Shown here: positions 40,250 to 50,096 of the stretch, in pieces
How the letters are laid out: every line of letters begins with the position of its first letter
Numbering within the stretch: the stretch's first letter is position 1
DNA from: Candidatus Marinacidobacterales bacterium
Lineage (GTDB): Bacteria > Acidobacteriota > Vicinamibacteria > Marinacidobacterales > DATDRI01
Reading direction: 5' to 3'
NCBI GenBank assembly: GCA_965226495.1
Contig: OZ245365.1
Coordinates: 5,632,001 to 5,696,000 of the forward strand
Length of the DNA stretch: 64,000 nt
The notes under the pieces: model-generated
Seen by the model: the letters and a program-made list of their open reading frames with translations, nothing else
Database searches by the model: none
Told to the model about the DNA's origin: nothing
Translations under genes and position numbers: made by a program

Positions 40250-42051
40250 ATGAGCAGGTTCCGATCGTTTCTCACTCACCACCGGCTTCCCTGGGTGCTC
40301 GCGGCGGTCGGCATCGTGTTGACTCTTCCGTCGCTGTTTATCGGTTGGGCGATGGACGATCACATCCTTCGGTACGCCAGCGCTGGCGGAGAGGGCATTT
40401 CCTCGGAGCTCCACAAGCCGACCGGCCTCTTCGGATTCCTAGGAGATCCGCAGGTGGTACAGAGCCTCAAAGAAAGGGGCTCGCTTCCTTGGTGGACTGC
40501 CGACGGCTTCTTGTTGGCTTTCTGGAGACCTCTCTCGTCCCTGACGCACTGGATAGACTCCGCCTGTGGCCCGATAACCCCCTCCTCATGCATCTTGAGA
40601 GTGTCCTCCTTTACGGCTTGCTAGTATTCGTTGTCACCCACCTTTATCGACAAACCTTGACGCCAATGTGGGTCGCGGGCCTCGCCGCCTTGCTCTTCGC
40701 GGTCGACGACTCGCACGGTCAATCGGTGGCGTGGATCTCGGCACGCAACTCCCTACTGGCAACGATCTTTGGCAGCTTGGCCTTGATCGCCCATGACCGA
40801 TGGCGGAACCGCGGGTGGAAAGCGGGAGCCTTCCTGGGTCCCCTCGCCTTCATGCTGAGCTTGCTGTCCAAGGAAATGGGTGCAGCCTTCGGTGGTTACG
40901 TGGCTGCGCACGTCGCCTTCCTCGACAAGAATCCCTGGCGGACTCGCATTGGTGCCCTAGCGCCCTATGTCGTGGTCGTGCTGGGCTGGAGATTGCTCTA
41001 CCGCGCGTTGGGGTACGGTGTTTCAGCCAGTGGCATGTATGTCGATCCGTTGGCCGAGCCGGCGAACTTCGCCGCAGCGGTCGTCGAGCGAGCACCGGCG
41101 ATGATACTGGGGTTGTGGGCGCAACCGCCCGCTGATCTGGCAACGGTCGGCCAGGAGCCGATCCCGACGATCATTGGGCTCATGGGGACGATGCTCCTGG
41201 TCCTGCTCGTCGTTCTTTTCAAACCGTTCCTCGAGGAGCGGACCGCGCGGTTCTGGGCAACGGGCATGACCCTGTCGCTCTTGCTGACCAGCACGAGCTT
41301 TCCGGCGAATCGCTATCTGCTCGTCCCGAGTTTGGGCGCCATGGGACTCCTCGCACTTTTCCTCCAAGGTTGGCGCGAGGGATGGCCCGGCTCTTCGAGA
41401 ACGCAAGCCTGGAGGGGCGTCGCAAAAGTGAGCGCCGTTTTTTTTGTCGTCATCCACTTGGTGCTCGCGCCCATCGCGCTTCCCTACAGTGCTTGGGCTT
41501 TAGCTGCACCCGCGGGGGTCGCCGCGAATGTCGCCCGCTCGCTTCCAGATGACCCGGCGCTCTCTGAGTAACAGCTGGTCATCGTCAACGCTCCCGATTT
41601 CCTTATCTTCACCGGTTTCCTTTTCCCGATCCGTTTCATGGAACAGCTACCGGTCGCGAAGCGCCAGTCGGTTCTGGCTACCGGCTCCGTCGAGCTAGAG
41701 CTAAAGCGCGTCGACGAACGAACAATTGCTATCAGGAGTGAACAGGGTTTCCCTTCCGGATTCACGGATGGCGTCTACCGGAGCGGCGACCAGCCCTTCG
41801 CTCCCGGACAGAAAATTCAACTACCCGGCATTAGTGTCGAGGTGATCGCGATCCATGACGAGAACCTAGTTAGTGAGGCGGTCTTTCGCTTTAACGTGCC
41901 TTTAGAAGATCCGTCACTGCGTTGGTTTCGGTGGGACACTGGAGCCTTCGTTTCCTTTCAACCGCCGAGAATCGGCGACACCATCCGACTCGACGCAGCT
42001 CTGTTCTCCGTTGTCGCTCCGGTGGAGCGGCGTCCTGCCGCGTTCGATTAG
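40250..42051 (+). pseudogene. GT-C/TMTC-like polytopic membrane protein; frameshift near 40560 and in-frame TAA at 41569-41571
   Basis: DD motif, FWRPLSSLT, SVAWISARN, LLSKE, RYLLVP; reading continues LSE*QLVIVNAP in the same frame to 42051. Confidence 0.75.
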
Positions 42052-42090
42052 CGACGCCCAACACCTACTGGACGCCCTACAGAATCTAAG

Positions 42091-42142
42091 GGGCGCCTGG
42101 CTAGCTCGATAGTGGCAAGGGGATAGTTTGGCGCCTGTCAGG
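42091..42142 (+). repeat. Copy of the structured intergenic repeat family
   Basis: ggcgcctggctagctcgatagtggcaaggggatagtttggcgcctgtcagg aligns ungapped with the reverse complement of 4948-4998; partial ends gacgcccaaca and gacgccctaca at 42054-42081. Confidence 0.75.
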
Positions 42143-42203
42143 ATCGGAAGAGCCGCCCGTTTGGCAGTGGAGTTCCCGGCCGGCCTCGCCAGGATTGCCC
42201 TGT

Positions 42204-42233
42204 TTGACCCTAAACCCCCCCGGGGCCTATAAT
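42204..42233 (+). promoter_or_regulatory. Sigma70-type promoter upstream of the TPR-yvcK genes
   Basis: TTGACC-N18-TATAAT. Confidence 0.65.
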
Positions 42234-42393
42234 TGTGGTCTGTCTTCGATAGGCGACTCGCCCAACCGAGTATCTATTTCGTATTTCGAAGTTTGAGGGC
42301 TCCCGGTTTCATCGGCTTCAAACCGGCTCTACCGGCGTTATCTTCATTGCGCCCGGCTTTTCGGGCAAGAAACGAATTTCTCTAGGAGGTTTC

Positions 42394-42960
42394 ATGGCAA
42401 AGAAGGCCACCACTCGCTCCAAGGGGGGGGTGTTCTCACGAAAAAAATTGGCGAAGAAGGCCGGCAAACTCGAAGGCTACGACAAGTCACTCGAGGCCTT
42501 CGAAAAGGCCTTGAAGGTTCTGCACAAAGGCGACGTCGATCGCGCCCGGGACCAGTTCGAGACCCTGGCCGCCGGACTCACCGATGACTCGGGGCTCGCC
42601 GACCGAGCTCAGGCGTACCTTGCGATTTGCGACCGACAGAAGAGAAGCAAGAGCTCGTTCGCGCCTCGTACGTTCGAAGAAATGGTGACCTACGGTGTTT
42701 TTTGCCACAACCGCGGCGACTATGATCGCGCCATCAAGTATCTCTCCAAAGCCGTCGACTTGGAGCCTAAGAGCGACCACGCTCATTACTGCCTCGCCGC
42801 GGCTCATTCGCGGCATGGAGACGCCCGGGATGCGGCTCGACATCTCAAGCAAGCGGTCGCCGGAGACTCATACAACCGCGTCTTGGCGAAAAACGACGAC
42901 GATTTCGCCGCACTCAAGGACGAAGCAGAAGTCGCCCAGCTGTTGGGAACACCCGAGTAG
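42394..42960 (+). CDS. TPR-repeat protein with a basic N-terminus
   Basis: AGGAGG RBS; YGVFCHNRGDYDRAIKYLSKAVDLEP, AHYCLAAA, AKNDDDF. Confidence 0.85.
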   Translation: MAKKATTRSKGGVFSRKKLAKKAGKLEGYDKSLEAFEKALKVLHKGDVDRARDQFETLAAGLTDDSGLADRAQAYLAICDRQKRSKSSFAPRTFEEMVTYGVFCHNRGDYDRAIKYLSKAVDLEPKSDHAHYCLAAAHSRHGDARDAARHLKQAVAGDSYNRVLAKNDDDFAALKDEAEVAQLLGTPE

Positions 42961-42983
42961 TCAAAGGTAATTGGGGTTGGGTC

Positions 42984-44012
42984 GTGATTTATGGTCTCCG
43001 AGTCGTCGCAGTCGGCGGGGGCACTGGGCTTGCCGCCCTGCTGACCGGACTCAAGAAGTTCGTCGACCCACCTGATTCCGGCTCTCTCTCGAAAGACTCT
43101 GTTTACTTCGCCGACCTCGCCGCGTTGGTAACGGTCACCGACGATGGCGGCAGCTCGGGCAGGCTACGCGACGAACTCCAGATACTCCCGCCTGGAGACG
43201 TTCGGAATTGCTTACTGGCACTTTCGAGCGACGAGTCGCTACTGTCTTCCCTATTTCAGTATCGCTTCGAAGGCAACGGTGGTCTCGGCGGCCACAACTT
43301 TGGCAATCTTTTCCTGGCGGCGCTCACTTCCGTAACCGGTGATTTCTATAGCGCGGTCCGCGCCGCCTCCCACGTCCTCGCCATCGAAGGACGCATTTTC
43401 CCCTCGACGACTCAAAGCGTCTCTTTGGTTGCCAAGCTCGAGGATGGGAGCGAAGTTCGCGGCGAAACACGAATCAGCGCTTCGACGGAGACCATCCGCA
43501 GCGTTCGCCTGGATCCGCCGGATTGTCCGCCTCTCGAAGACTCTCTCGCCGCTATCGAGGAAGCGGACCTCATCCTCATCGGACCGGGATCTCTCTACAC
43601 CAGCCTGATTCCCAATCTCCTGGTCCCGGGGGTCGTCGAGGCGATCTCTCGATCGCAAGCTTTGGTGGTGTACTTGTCGAACATCATGACCCAACCGGGC
43701 GAGACGACGGGCTACAGCGTACGCAACCACGTGGACGCGTTATTGACAAACTGCCCAAGGCTCGAACTGTCTTTCGTTCTCGCCAACGGCACGCCGGTAC
43801 CCGAGCCGACGCGCGAACGCTATCGCTCCGAGGGCGCGGAACCTGTCACCTGCTCCCCTGCCGACGAGACCGCGCTGTCCTGCCCGGTACTGGTCGAAGA
43901 CCTCCTCGGCGCCGGAGAACCGGTGCGGCACGATGGCAGGAAAACCGCGGAAGCACTCCGAACACTCTTTCCGCAGGCTCGCTTCGAAACGACCCGGCGT
44001 CTGACGCGTTAG
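42984..44012 (+). CDS. yvcK: YvcK/GlmR (CofD-like) family protein
   Basis: [60 protein letters not shown]. Confidence 0.93.
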   Translation: MIYGLRVVAVGGGTGLAALLTGLKKFVDPPDSGSLSKDSVYFADLAALVTVTDDGGSSGRLRDELQILPPGDVRNCLLALSSDESLLSSLFQYRFEGNGGLGGHNFGNLFLAALTSVTGDFYSAVRAASHVLAIEGRIFPSTTQSVSLVAKLEDGSEVRGETRISASTETIRSVRLDPPDCPPLEDSLAAIEEADLILIGPGSLYTSLIPNLLVPGVVEAISRSQALVVYLSNIMTQPGETTGYSVRNHVDALLTNCPRLELSFVLANGTPVPEPTRERYRSEGAEPVTCSPADETALSCPVLVEDLLGAGEPVRHDGRKTAEALRTLFPQARFETTRRLTR

Positions 44013-44042
44013 GTCGTGTGGTGACGCTAGAGGGCGTCCAAC

Positions 44043-44094
44043 ACGTCTGGCGAGCTCAGCATACTGGCAACTTCGTGCACTGACCGCCGGAAGG
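44043..44094 (+). repeat. Degenerate copy of the structured intergenic repeat family
   Basis: acgtctggcgagctcagcatactggcaacttcgtgcactgaccgccggaagg; shares tggcaacttcg..actgac with the copy at 61883. Confidence 0.65.
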
Positions 44095-44130
44095 CGTGGT
44101 CGATTAGAAAGTGCTAGGCTAGATCAATCA

Positions 44131-45324
44131 ATGCCGTCACAACTTACGCTGGTTCTTTGGTCCGGGTCCGGCGAGAACTACGCAAGGGACCTCCTCGGCA
44201 GGCCGGTCTGGAAACGGACCCTGGAGGCTGCTCAACCGCTCCGACCGAAGCGCTCCCTGTTGGTTCTGGACAAAGGCGGCGGTGCCGCTCTAAACGAACT
44301 CAACGGTATCGAGCCGGTAGCCAAGAGACGCTTCTCCGAGGCGCTTGCCGGACTGAGAGGAAAGCTACTTTTCCTCCCTGCGGAGATGCCATGTGTGACC
44401 GTCCGCAGCTTGCGGCGTCTGGTAGCCGCAGCGCGTTCGGGACCCTCTCGGCTAGCAACAAAGAGCGGCACTCCGATCGTCTGCTGTACTGCGGGACGCC
44501 TTCGAGCCGCAAGCGGCGCATTCCGAAACGGTCTCGATTCCCTCGCCGATCACATACACGCTTCCGAGGTTCGACCCGCGACAACGGAAGAGCTCCTACT
44601 GGTCCAAACGAACGCTGATTGGGCGAAGGCGATACAGTTTATTCGTCGCCGAACCGTAGATCGCCTCATGGCGAGCGGCGTCCTCGTCGAGGATCCATCG
44701 ACCGTGCACATCGATCCCGACGTGAAAGTCGGTCGCCGCACCAGAATTCGTGGGTGGGTTGTGATCGAAGGCGCAAGCCGCATTGGAACTGACTGCGATG
44801 TGGGAAGCTTCACTCACGTTGTAGACTCGGTCGTGGGTTCACGCACCGTACTCCTCGATCATTGCTTCATCCGCCAAAGCCGCATCGGTCGCGGGGCCCA
44901 AGTCGGCCCATTCGCGCACCTGCGTCCGGACTCGACCCTCGGTAACAAAACGAAGGTCGGGAACTTCGTGGAGATGAAAAAATCGACCCTTGGCGAAGGA
45001 AGCAAGGCCCCGCACCTGACCTACCTGGGCGATGCGGAAGTCGGCCGGCGCGTCAACATAGGCGCCGGCACTATCACTTGCAACTACGATGGACGCACCA
45101 AACACCTCACCGTCATCGAGGACGGCGCGTTCATCGGAAGCGACGTGCAACTGGTAGCTCCGGTTCGGATCGGCCGTGGGGCTTATGTGGCCGCCGGCTC
45201 TTCGATCGTGTATGACGTGCCCGCGGGTTCTCTGGCGATCGCGCGGGGCCGGCAGGTTGTGAAGCACGACTACGTGCGTCGTGCTCGAGCCAAGAAATCT
45301 GGGCCTAGTAAGAGTCGACCGTAG
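44131..45324 (+). CDS. glmU: GlmU homolog: intact left-handed beta-helix acetyltransferase, degenerate N-terminal uridylyltransferase domain
   Basis: C-domain [35 protein letters not shown]; N-domain lacks LAAGxGTRM, GDxP, GYGR, EYYLTD and GVN; extended -10 tgctaggct 10 nt before ATG. Confidence 0.9.
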   Translation: MPSQLTLVLWSGSGENYARDLLGRPVWKRTLEAAQPLRPKRSLLVLDKGGGAALNELNGIEPVAKRRFSEALAGLRGKLLFLPAEMPCVTVRSLRRLVAAARSGPSRLATKSGTPIVCCTAGRLRAASGAFRNGLDSLADHIHASEVRPATTEELLLVQTNADWAKAIQFIRRRTVDRLMASGVLVEDPSTVHIDPDVKVGRRTRIRGWVVIEGASRIGTDCDVGSFTHVVDSVVGSRTVLLDHCFIRQSRIGRGAQVGPFAHLRPDSTLGNKTKVGNFVEMKKSTLGEGSKAPHLTYLGDAEVGRRVNIGAGTITCNYDGRTKHLTVIEDGAFIGSDVQLVAPVRIGRGAYVAAGSSIVYDVPAGSLAIARGRQVVKHDYVRRARAKKSGPSKSRP

Positions 45325-45332
45325 ATCACCTA

Positions 45333-47174
45333 ATGTGCGGAATCATCGGTTACGTGGGACCCAAGCCGACGGTCGAAGTGTTGATCGATGGGCTCAAGCG
45401 CCTCGAATATCGAGGCTACGACTCGGCGGGCTTGGCGGTTGTCCGGGACGGAAAACTCAGCGTGCTCCGCTCCCAAGGGAAGCTCAACAATCTGGAGCGA
45501 CAGCTATCGAAAACCGAGCTCCAGGGGAGCTACGGACTCGGCCATACCCGATGGGCCACTCACGGCCGTCCCAACGAAGAGAACGCGCACCCTCACCGGG
45601 ATTGCACCGAGACTTTGGTCGTCGTTCACAACGGCATCATTGAAAACTATCTCGACCTCAAGGCAAAGCTGTCCAAAGAAGGCCATCGGTTCGTCACCGA
45701 GACCGATACCGAGGTCATAGCTCACCTGATCGAGAAGCGTCTCGACAAGAGCCTGGAGCAGGCAGTCTTGGACGCTCTCGAAGAGCTCGAAGGCGTTTTC
45801 GCATTCGCCGCCCTCTCCGCGAAAGACCCGGACAAACTGGTCGCCGCTCGTAACGGTCCACCCCTGGTCATCGGGCTGGGAGAAAACGAGGCCTTCATCG
45901 CCTCGGACGTTCCGGCCTTTCTCTCCCACAGCCGCGACGCCGTCTTTCTCGACGATGGTGAGGTGGCAGTCGTTCGTTCCAACGGGGTTATCCTCATGGA
46001 TCGTGACGGCGTCGAAAAAGACTGTTCTCCGACGCGCATTACGTGGGACCCCATACAGGTGGAGAAACAAGGTTTCAAGCACTTCATGCTCAAGGAAATC
46101 TATGAGCAGCCGCGCACGGTCCGCGACACGCTACTTGGGCGTTATTCTCTCGATAGCGGGCGCGTGCACCTCGAGGAAGTCGGATTACAACAGGATCACA
46201 TCAGGCGGCTCGAGAAGATCACGATCCTTGCTTGCGGTACGAGCTGGCATGCCGCGCTCGTCGGAAAGTTCCTCATCGAGGCCAACGCGCACTTACCGGT
46301 GCAGGTAGACGTCGCTTCGGAGTTCCGCTACCGACACCTCATTCTCGGGAAGGATGATCTGGTCGTCGGCATCACCCAATCGGGAGAGACCGCGGACACG
46401 CTGGCGGCACTTCGCGCCGCCGGTGACAGTGGGGCCACCACCCTGGCCATTTGTAACGTGACCGGGAGCATGGCGACTCGTGTCTCGAACGCGACGCTAT
46501 ACACTCACGCGGGACCCGAGATCGGTGTTGCCTCCACTAAGACGTTCGCCGCGCAGTTGGTGGCGCTGCACCTGCTGGCCCTTTACCTTGCGCAGGCTCG
46601 AGGAAGCCTCTCCTCCGAAGAAGTCGGAGAGCGACTCAACGAGCTCGCGCGAGCCGCCCACTTCATGGAGCAAGTGCTCACGCTCGCCCCCAAGATCGAA
46701 TCGATCGCCAGAGATTTCTACATGGCATCCAATTTTCTCTATTTGGGACGCGGCCTCCTCTACCCCATCGCCCTCGAGGGGGCGCTCAAGCTCAAAGAGC
46801 TTTCCTATATTCACGCAGAGGGATATCCGGCGGGCGAAATGAAACACGGCCCGATCGCGCTCATCGATGAGCGGATGCCGATCGTCGCCCTTGCTCCTTC
46901 CGACTCGCTTTTCGAGAAGATGGCCAACAACATCCAGGAAGCCAAGGCACGCGGTGCGCGCCTCATCGTGTTCGGAACCGAGGGCGAGTCGCGTCTCAAG
47001 CAGATTCTCGATGACGAGCACGATCGGCTCATCGAGCTTCCGCCGCATCCCGAAGCCATCTCGCCACTGCTAATGGTCCTGCCGCTTCAACTGCTCGCCT
47101 ATCACATCGCCGTCGCGCGCGGTTGCGACGTCGACCAGCCGCGTAATCTGGCCAAGTCGGTGACTGTTGAGTAG
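45333..47174 (+). CDS. glmS: Glutamine-fructose-6-phosphate aminotransferase
   Basis: MCGIIG, LEYRGYDSAG, GHTRWATHG, QSGETADT, PRNLAKSVTVE. Confidence 0.98.
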   Translation: MCGIIGYVGPKPTVEVLIDGLKRLEYRGYDSAGLAVVRDGKLSVLRSQGKLNNLERQLSKTELQGSYGLGHTRWATHGRPNEENAHPHRDCTETLVVVHNGIIENYLDLKAKLSKEGHRFVTETDTEVIAHLIEKRLDKSLEQAVLDALEELEGVFAFAALSAKDPDKLVAARNGPPLVIGLGENEAFIASDVPAFLSHSRDAVFLDDGEVAVVRSNGVILMDRDGVEKDCSPTRITWDPIQVEKQGFKHFMLKEIYEQPRTVRDTLLGRYSLDSGRVHLEEVGLQQDHIRRLEKITILACGTSWHAALVGKFLIEANAHLPVQVDVASEFRYRHLILGKDDLVVGITQSGETADTLAALRAAGDSGATTLAICNVTGSMATRVSNATLYTHAGPEIGVASTKTFAAQLVALHLLALYLAQARGSLSSEEVGERLNELARAAHFMEQVLTLAPKIESIARDFYMASNFLYLGRGLLYPIALEGALKLKELSYIHAEGYPAGEMKHGPIALIDERMPIVALAPSDSLFEKMANNIQEAKARGARLIVFGTEGESRLKQILDDEHDRLIELPPHPEAISPLLMVLPLQLLAYHIAVARGCDVDQPRNLAKSVTVE

Positions 47175-49350
47175 TCCGGACTCCAAGCCCCCCGACATAC
47201 TCTCCGAGCTCAATGCCGGCCAGAGGGCTGCGGTCACGGCACCCGACGGACCGGTGCTGGTGCTCGCGGGCGCGGGTTCGGGAAAGACTCGAGCCATCGC
47301 GCATCGAGTCGCCTTTCTCATCGGTGAAAGGAACGTCCCACCCTGGACGATTCTGGCTCTCACCTTCACCAACAAGGCGGCTGGCGAGATGCGCTCGCGC
47401 ATCGAGGCATTGGTCGGGGAAGCGGCTCCTGACCTCTGGATCTCGACGTTCCACTCTCTCGGCCTGCGATTACTCCGGCGCTTCGGGGCCGACATCGGCT
47501 TGCCTTCGGAGTTCATGGTTCACGATGAACAAGATCGCCGAACTCTTCTCCGGCGAGTTCTTCAGCAGATCGGCGTCACCGAGCGCGAGTATCCACTTGC
47601 GCGGGTCGCGTCCGCCGTGTCCGCGAAGAAAAATGCCGCCTTCGGAAGCGAGGTGTCTCCCAGCTGGTGGAGAGAACGCGACCGACTCGTCCTCGACCGC
47701 GCTCTCGAGCGCTACCAAAAACTTCTAGAAGACGCTGGCGGCGTCGACTTCGACGATCTTCTCATTCGCTCCGTCGAACTGTTGGAATGCTCCGAGAAAA
47801 CACGCGCCTTCGCCGAGCGGAGGTTCCGGCACCTCCTGATTGACGAGTACCAGGATACCAACCGGATTCAGTACCGCTTGATGCGTCTCCTCGCCCCGCA
47901 CCAGGACGTCTTCGTAGTGGGTGACGAGGATCAATCCATCTACAACTTTCGCGGGGCGGATCTTAGAAACATTCTTGACTTCGAAAAAGACTTTCCGGGT
48001 GCACAGCTCGTCAAGCTCGAAGACAACTACCGTTCCACCAGCGCCATTCTCGAGGCGGCGAGCAGTCTCATCGCCCACAACGAAGAGCGTAAGGGCAAGA
48101 AGCTTGTCGCTCAACGCGGCGAAGGAGAGATTCCCCGGGTCCATGAGGCGGAGACAGATTGGGCCGAGTGTCACTTCGTAGCGGATCAGATTGAGTCGCT
48201 TCGCCAACAGTCGACCTCCACCCGCGTCGCGGTTCTCTTCCGCACCCATGCGCAGACCCGCCTCTTCGAAGAAGAGTTCGTGCGCCGCGGCATCCCTCAC
48301 CTTCTGGTGGGCGGGCAGCGATTCTACGAACGTCGAGAGGTAAAAGACGCCCTCTGCTACTTACGGCTGGTCTCGAACCCGCACGACAATGCCAGTTTTT
48401 TGCGTACGATTAACATACCGCCTCGCGGTTTCGGGGCTGCGACTCTGGCGCTCACCGAGCGAACCGCATCCGAGCGAAGTCTTTCTCTGTGGGATGCGGC
48501 GGCCCAGCTGGATGACGAGAATGCTATCCCGGCAAGGGCGAGCCAAGGCCTCGCTTCCTTCCGGGACATCCGTGAATCTCTCGTGAAGCACGCGGACACG
48601 GGGATGATCGGTTCTTTGGTCGAGGAAACGATCAGACGAAGCGGCCTCACTGCGACGCTCCAAAAAGAGAAAACCGTCGAGGCTGAAGGGCGCGTCGAAA
48701 ATCTCCTTCAACTGGTGACTGCCGCCGTCGATTACCAGGAGCGGGAGAAGGAACCGTCGCTTGCCGATTTTCTCGACCGCGTCAGCTTGCTCACTGATCT
48801 GGATACCGTGAAGGAAGAGGCACCCTGCCTTCTCATGACTCTTCACGGCGCGAAGGGACTCGAGTTCGATGCCGTTTTCCTGACCGGCCTCGAAGAGGGG
48901 CTCTTTCCCCATTTTCGTTCCGCCGGGGACCGACGGGCGCTCGAAGAAGAGCGCCGTCTCTGCTACGTAGGAATGACGCGGGCTCGCACCTTGCTGTTTC
49001 TAACCTACGCTCTCAGTCGAAGAACCGCCCTCGAGAAGGAAGGCCGGACGCCGTCCCGCTTCCTGAACGAGATCCCGACCAAGACCTTGGCGGGCGATGC
49101 TTCGCCTGACACGACGGTGACGACGGGCGCAAGTCCAGGCCGTCTTTCTCCGGGTGCCGTGGTGCGTCACGCCCGCTTCGGCGAGGGAACTATCGTGGAG
49201 GCCGAACCGCCCGGCACCGATCAAAAGATCACGGTGCTCTTCCGGCGCGTCGGGCGCAAGAAGCTCGTCGCCCGGTTCGCGAAACTCGAAGTCCTGGAAA
49301 ACGCGAGACCAACCAGGGGCAGAGGACGGCGACCCTATCCGCTTGCATGA
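47167..49350 (+). CDS. uvrD: UvrD/PcrA ATP-dependent DNA helicase
   Basis: LAGAGSGKT, LTFTNKAA, DEYQDTN, VGDEDQSIY, MTLHGAKGLEF, EEERRLCYVGMTRA, C-terminal Tudor-like VRHARFGEG. Confidence 0.93.
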   Translation: MSSPDSKPPDILSELNAGQRAAVTAPDGPVLVLAGAGSGKTRAIAHRVAFLIGERNVPPWTILALTFTNKAAGEMRSRIEALVGEAAPDLWISTFHSLGLRLLRRFGADIGLPSEFMVHDEQDRRTLLRRVLQQIGVTEREYPLARVASAVSAKKNAAFGSEVSPSWWRERDRLVLDRALERYQKLLEDAGGVDFDDLLIRSVELLECSEKTRAFAERRFRHLLIDEYQDTNRIQYRLMRLLAPHQDVFVVGDEDQSIYNFRGADLRNILDFEKDFPGAQLVKLEDNYRSTSAILEAASSLIAHNEERKGKKLVAQRGEGEIPRVHEAETDWAECHFVADQIESLRQQSTSTRVAVLFRTHAQTRLFEEEFVRRGIPHLLVGGQRFYERREVKDALCYLRLVSNPHDNASFLRTINIPPRGFGAATLALTERTASERSLSLWDAAAQLDDENAIPARASQGLASFRDIRESLVKHADTGMIGSLVEETIRRSGLTATLQKEKTVEAEGRVENLLQLVTAAVDYQEREKEPSLADFLDRVSLLTDLDTVKEEAPCLLMTLHGAKGLEFDAVFLTGLEEGLFPHFRSAGDRRALEEERRLCYVGMTRARTLLFLTYALSRRTALEKEGRTPSRFLNEIPTKTLAGDASPDTTVTTGASPGRLSPGAVVRHARFGEGTIVEAEPPGTDQKITVLFRRVGRKKLVARFAKLEVLENARPTRGRGRRPYPLA

Positions 49351-49361
49351 ACCTATCGGAT

Positions 49362-50057
49362 CTACTGATCTTGCGCCCGAATACTGACGAGGATCCAACG
49401 CGAGGGTGGGGTAACATTGCTCTGCAAGTTCATCAGCTTGTACTTGCGCAAGGTGAAGAGGTAGGCGGTTCTCGGCCCAGAAACCGTCTCGACATCGACC
49501 AGCACTTCCCGCGTGAGGACCTCGCCGTCAAAAAGCTCGATGTCATCCGATGACATCACCGACTTCCGGGCCGGCTTCTTCTCCTCCACGATCGCTGTCT
49601 TGATTTCGCGGAGGTCGAGCTCCAGCCCGGCTCGCTCCTTTCGGTAAAACTGGTACTCCGCATGGAGATCGGCGAGCTTGCCCTTGAACGGATAGCCGGG
49701 GTTCTGCTCGAGCCTTTCCTCGATGAGCAAAAGATCGGAGTAGTTGGCGAGTCGGAAGTCTGAGAATATAGAGAACTGCGCATCGCGCTCGAGCTTGGCG
49801 GTCTCCGCCCGACTACGCAGCTCGCCGAGCTTGAACGGCGCGCTGGTGGTCGGTCCGACCTCGACGACCTCCCATGATTGGACGGCGCCTCCGGGTAAGG
49901 AAACCAAAGAGACCGCGGCCACGGTGTTGGTGTCCTCGTCTATCGTCGCTTGGAAGAACTTCCTTAAAACCTCCTGCTCCGCCCCTCCACAGGCGGAGAC
50001 CAGAAGGACGAGTCCGAAGCACACTGGCCACTTGCTACTGTCGTTCAATCGACGCAT
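49362..50057 (-). CDS. Hypothetical lipoprotein with a coiled-coil insert
   Basis: Lipobox VSAC; co-oriented downstream of gyrA. Confidence 0.7.
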   Translation of the reverse strand: MRRLNDSSKWPVCFGLVLLVSACGGAEQEVLRKFFQATIDEDTNTVAAVSLVSLPGGAVQSWEVVEVGPTTSAPFKLGELRSRAETAKLERDAQFSIFSDFRLANYSDLLLIEERLEQNPGYPFKGKLADLHAEYQFYRKERAGLELDLREIKTAIVEEKKPARKSVMSSDDIELFDGEVLTREVLVDVETVSGPRTAYLFTLRKYKLMNLQSNVTPPSRWILVSIRAQDQ

Positions 50058-50096
50058 GTTGGCTGGCCTCCTTCCGCTCCCGGCTCCCCGACTCTG

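Noticed and set aside
4886-42066. GTTGGGC/GCCCAAC as integron attC cores
   Set aside because: No paired R''/R' boxes around a bulged hairpin and no integron integrase in the window
45300-45333. glmS ribozyme
   Set aside because: Only 8 nt separate glmU and glmS and no ribozyme core sequence is seen
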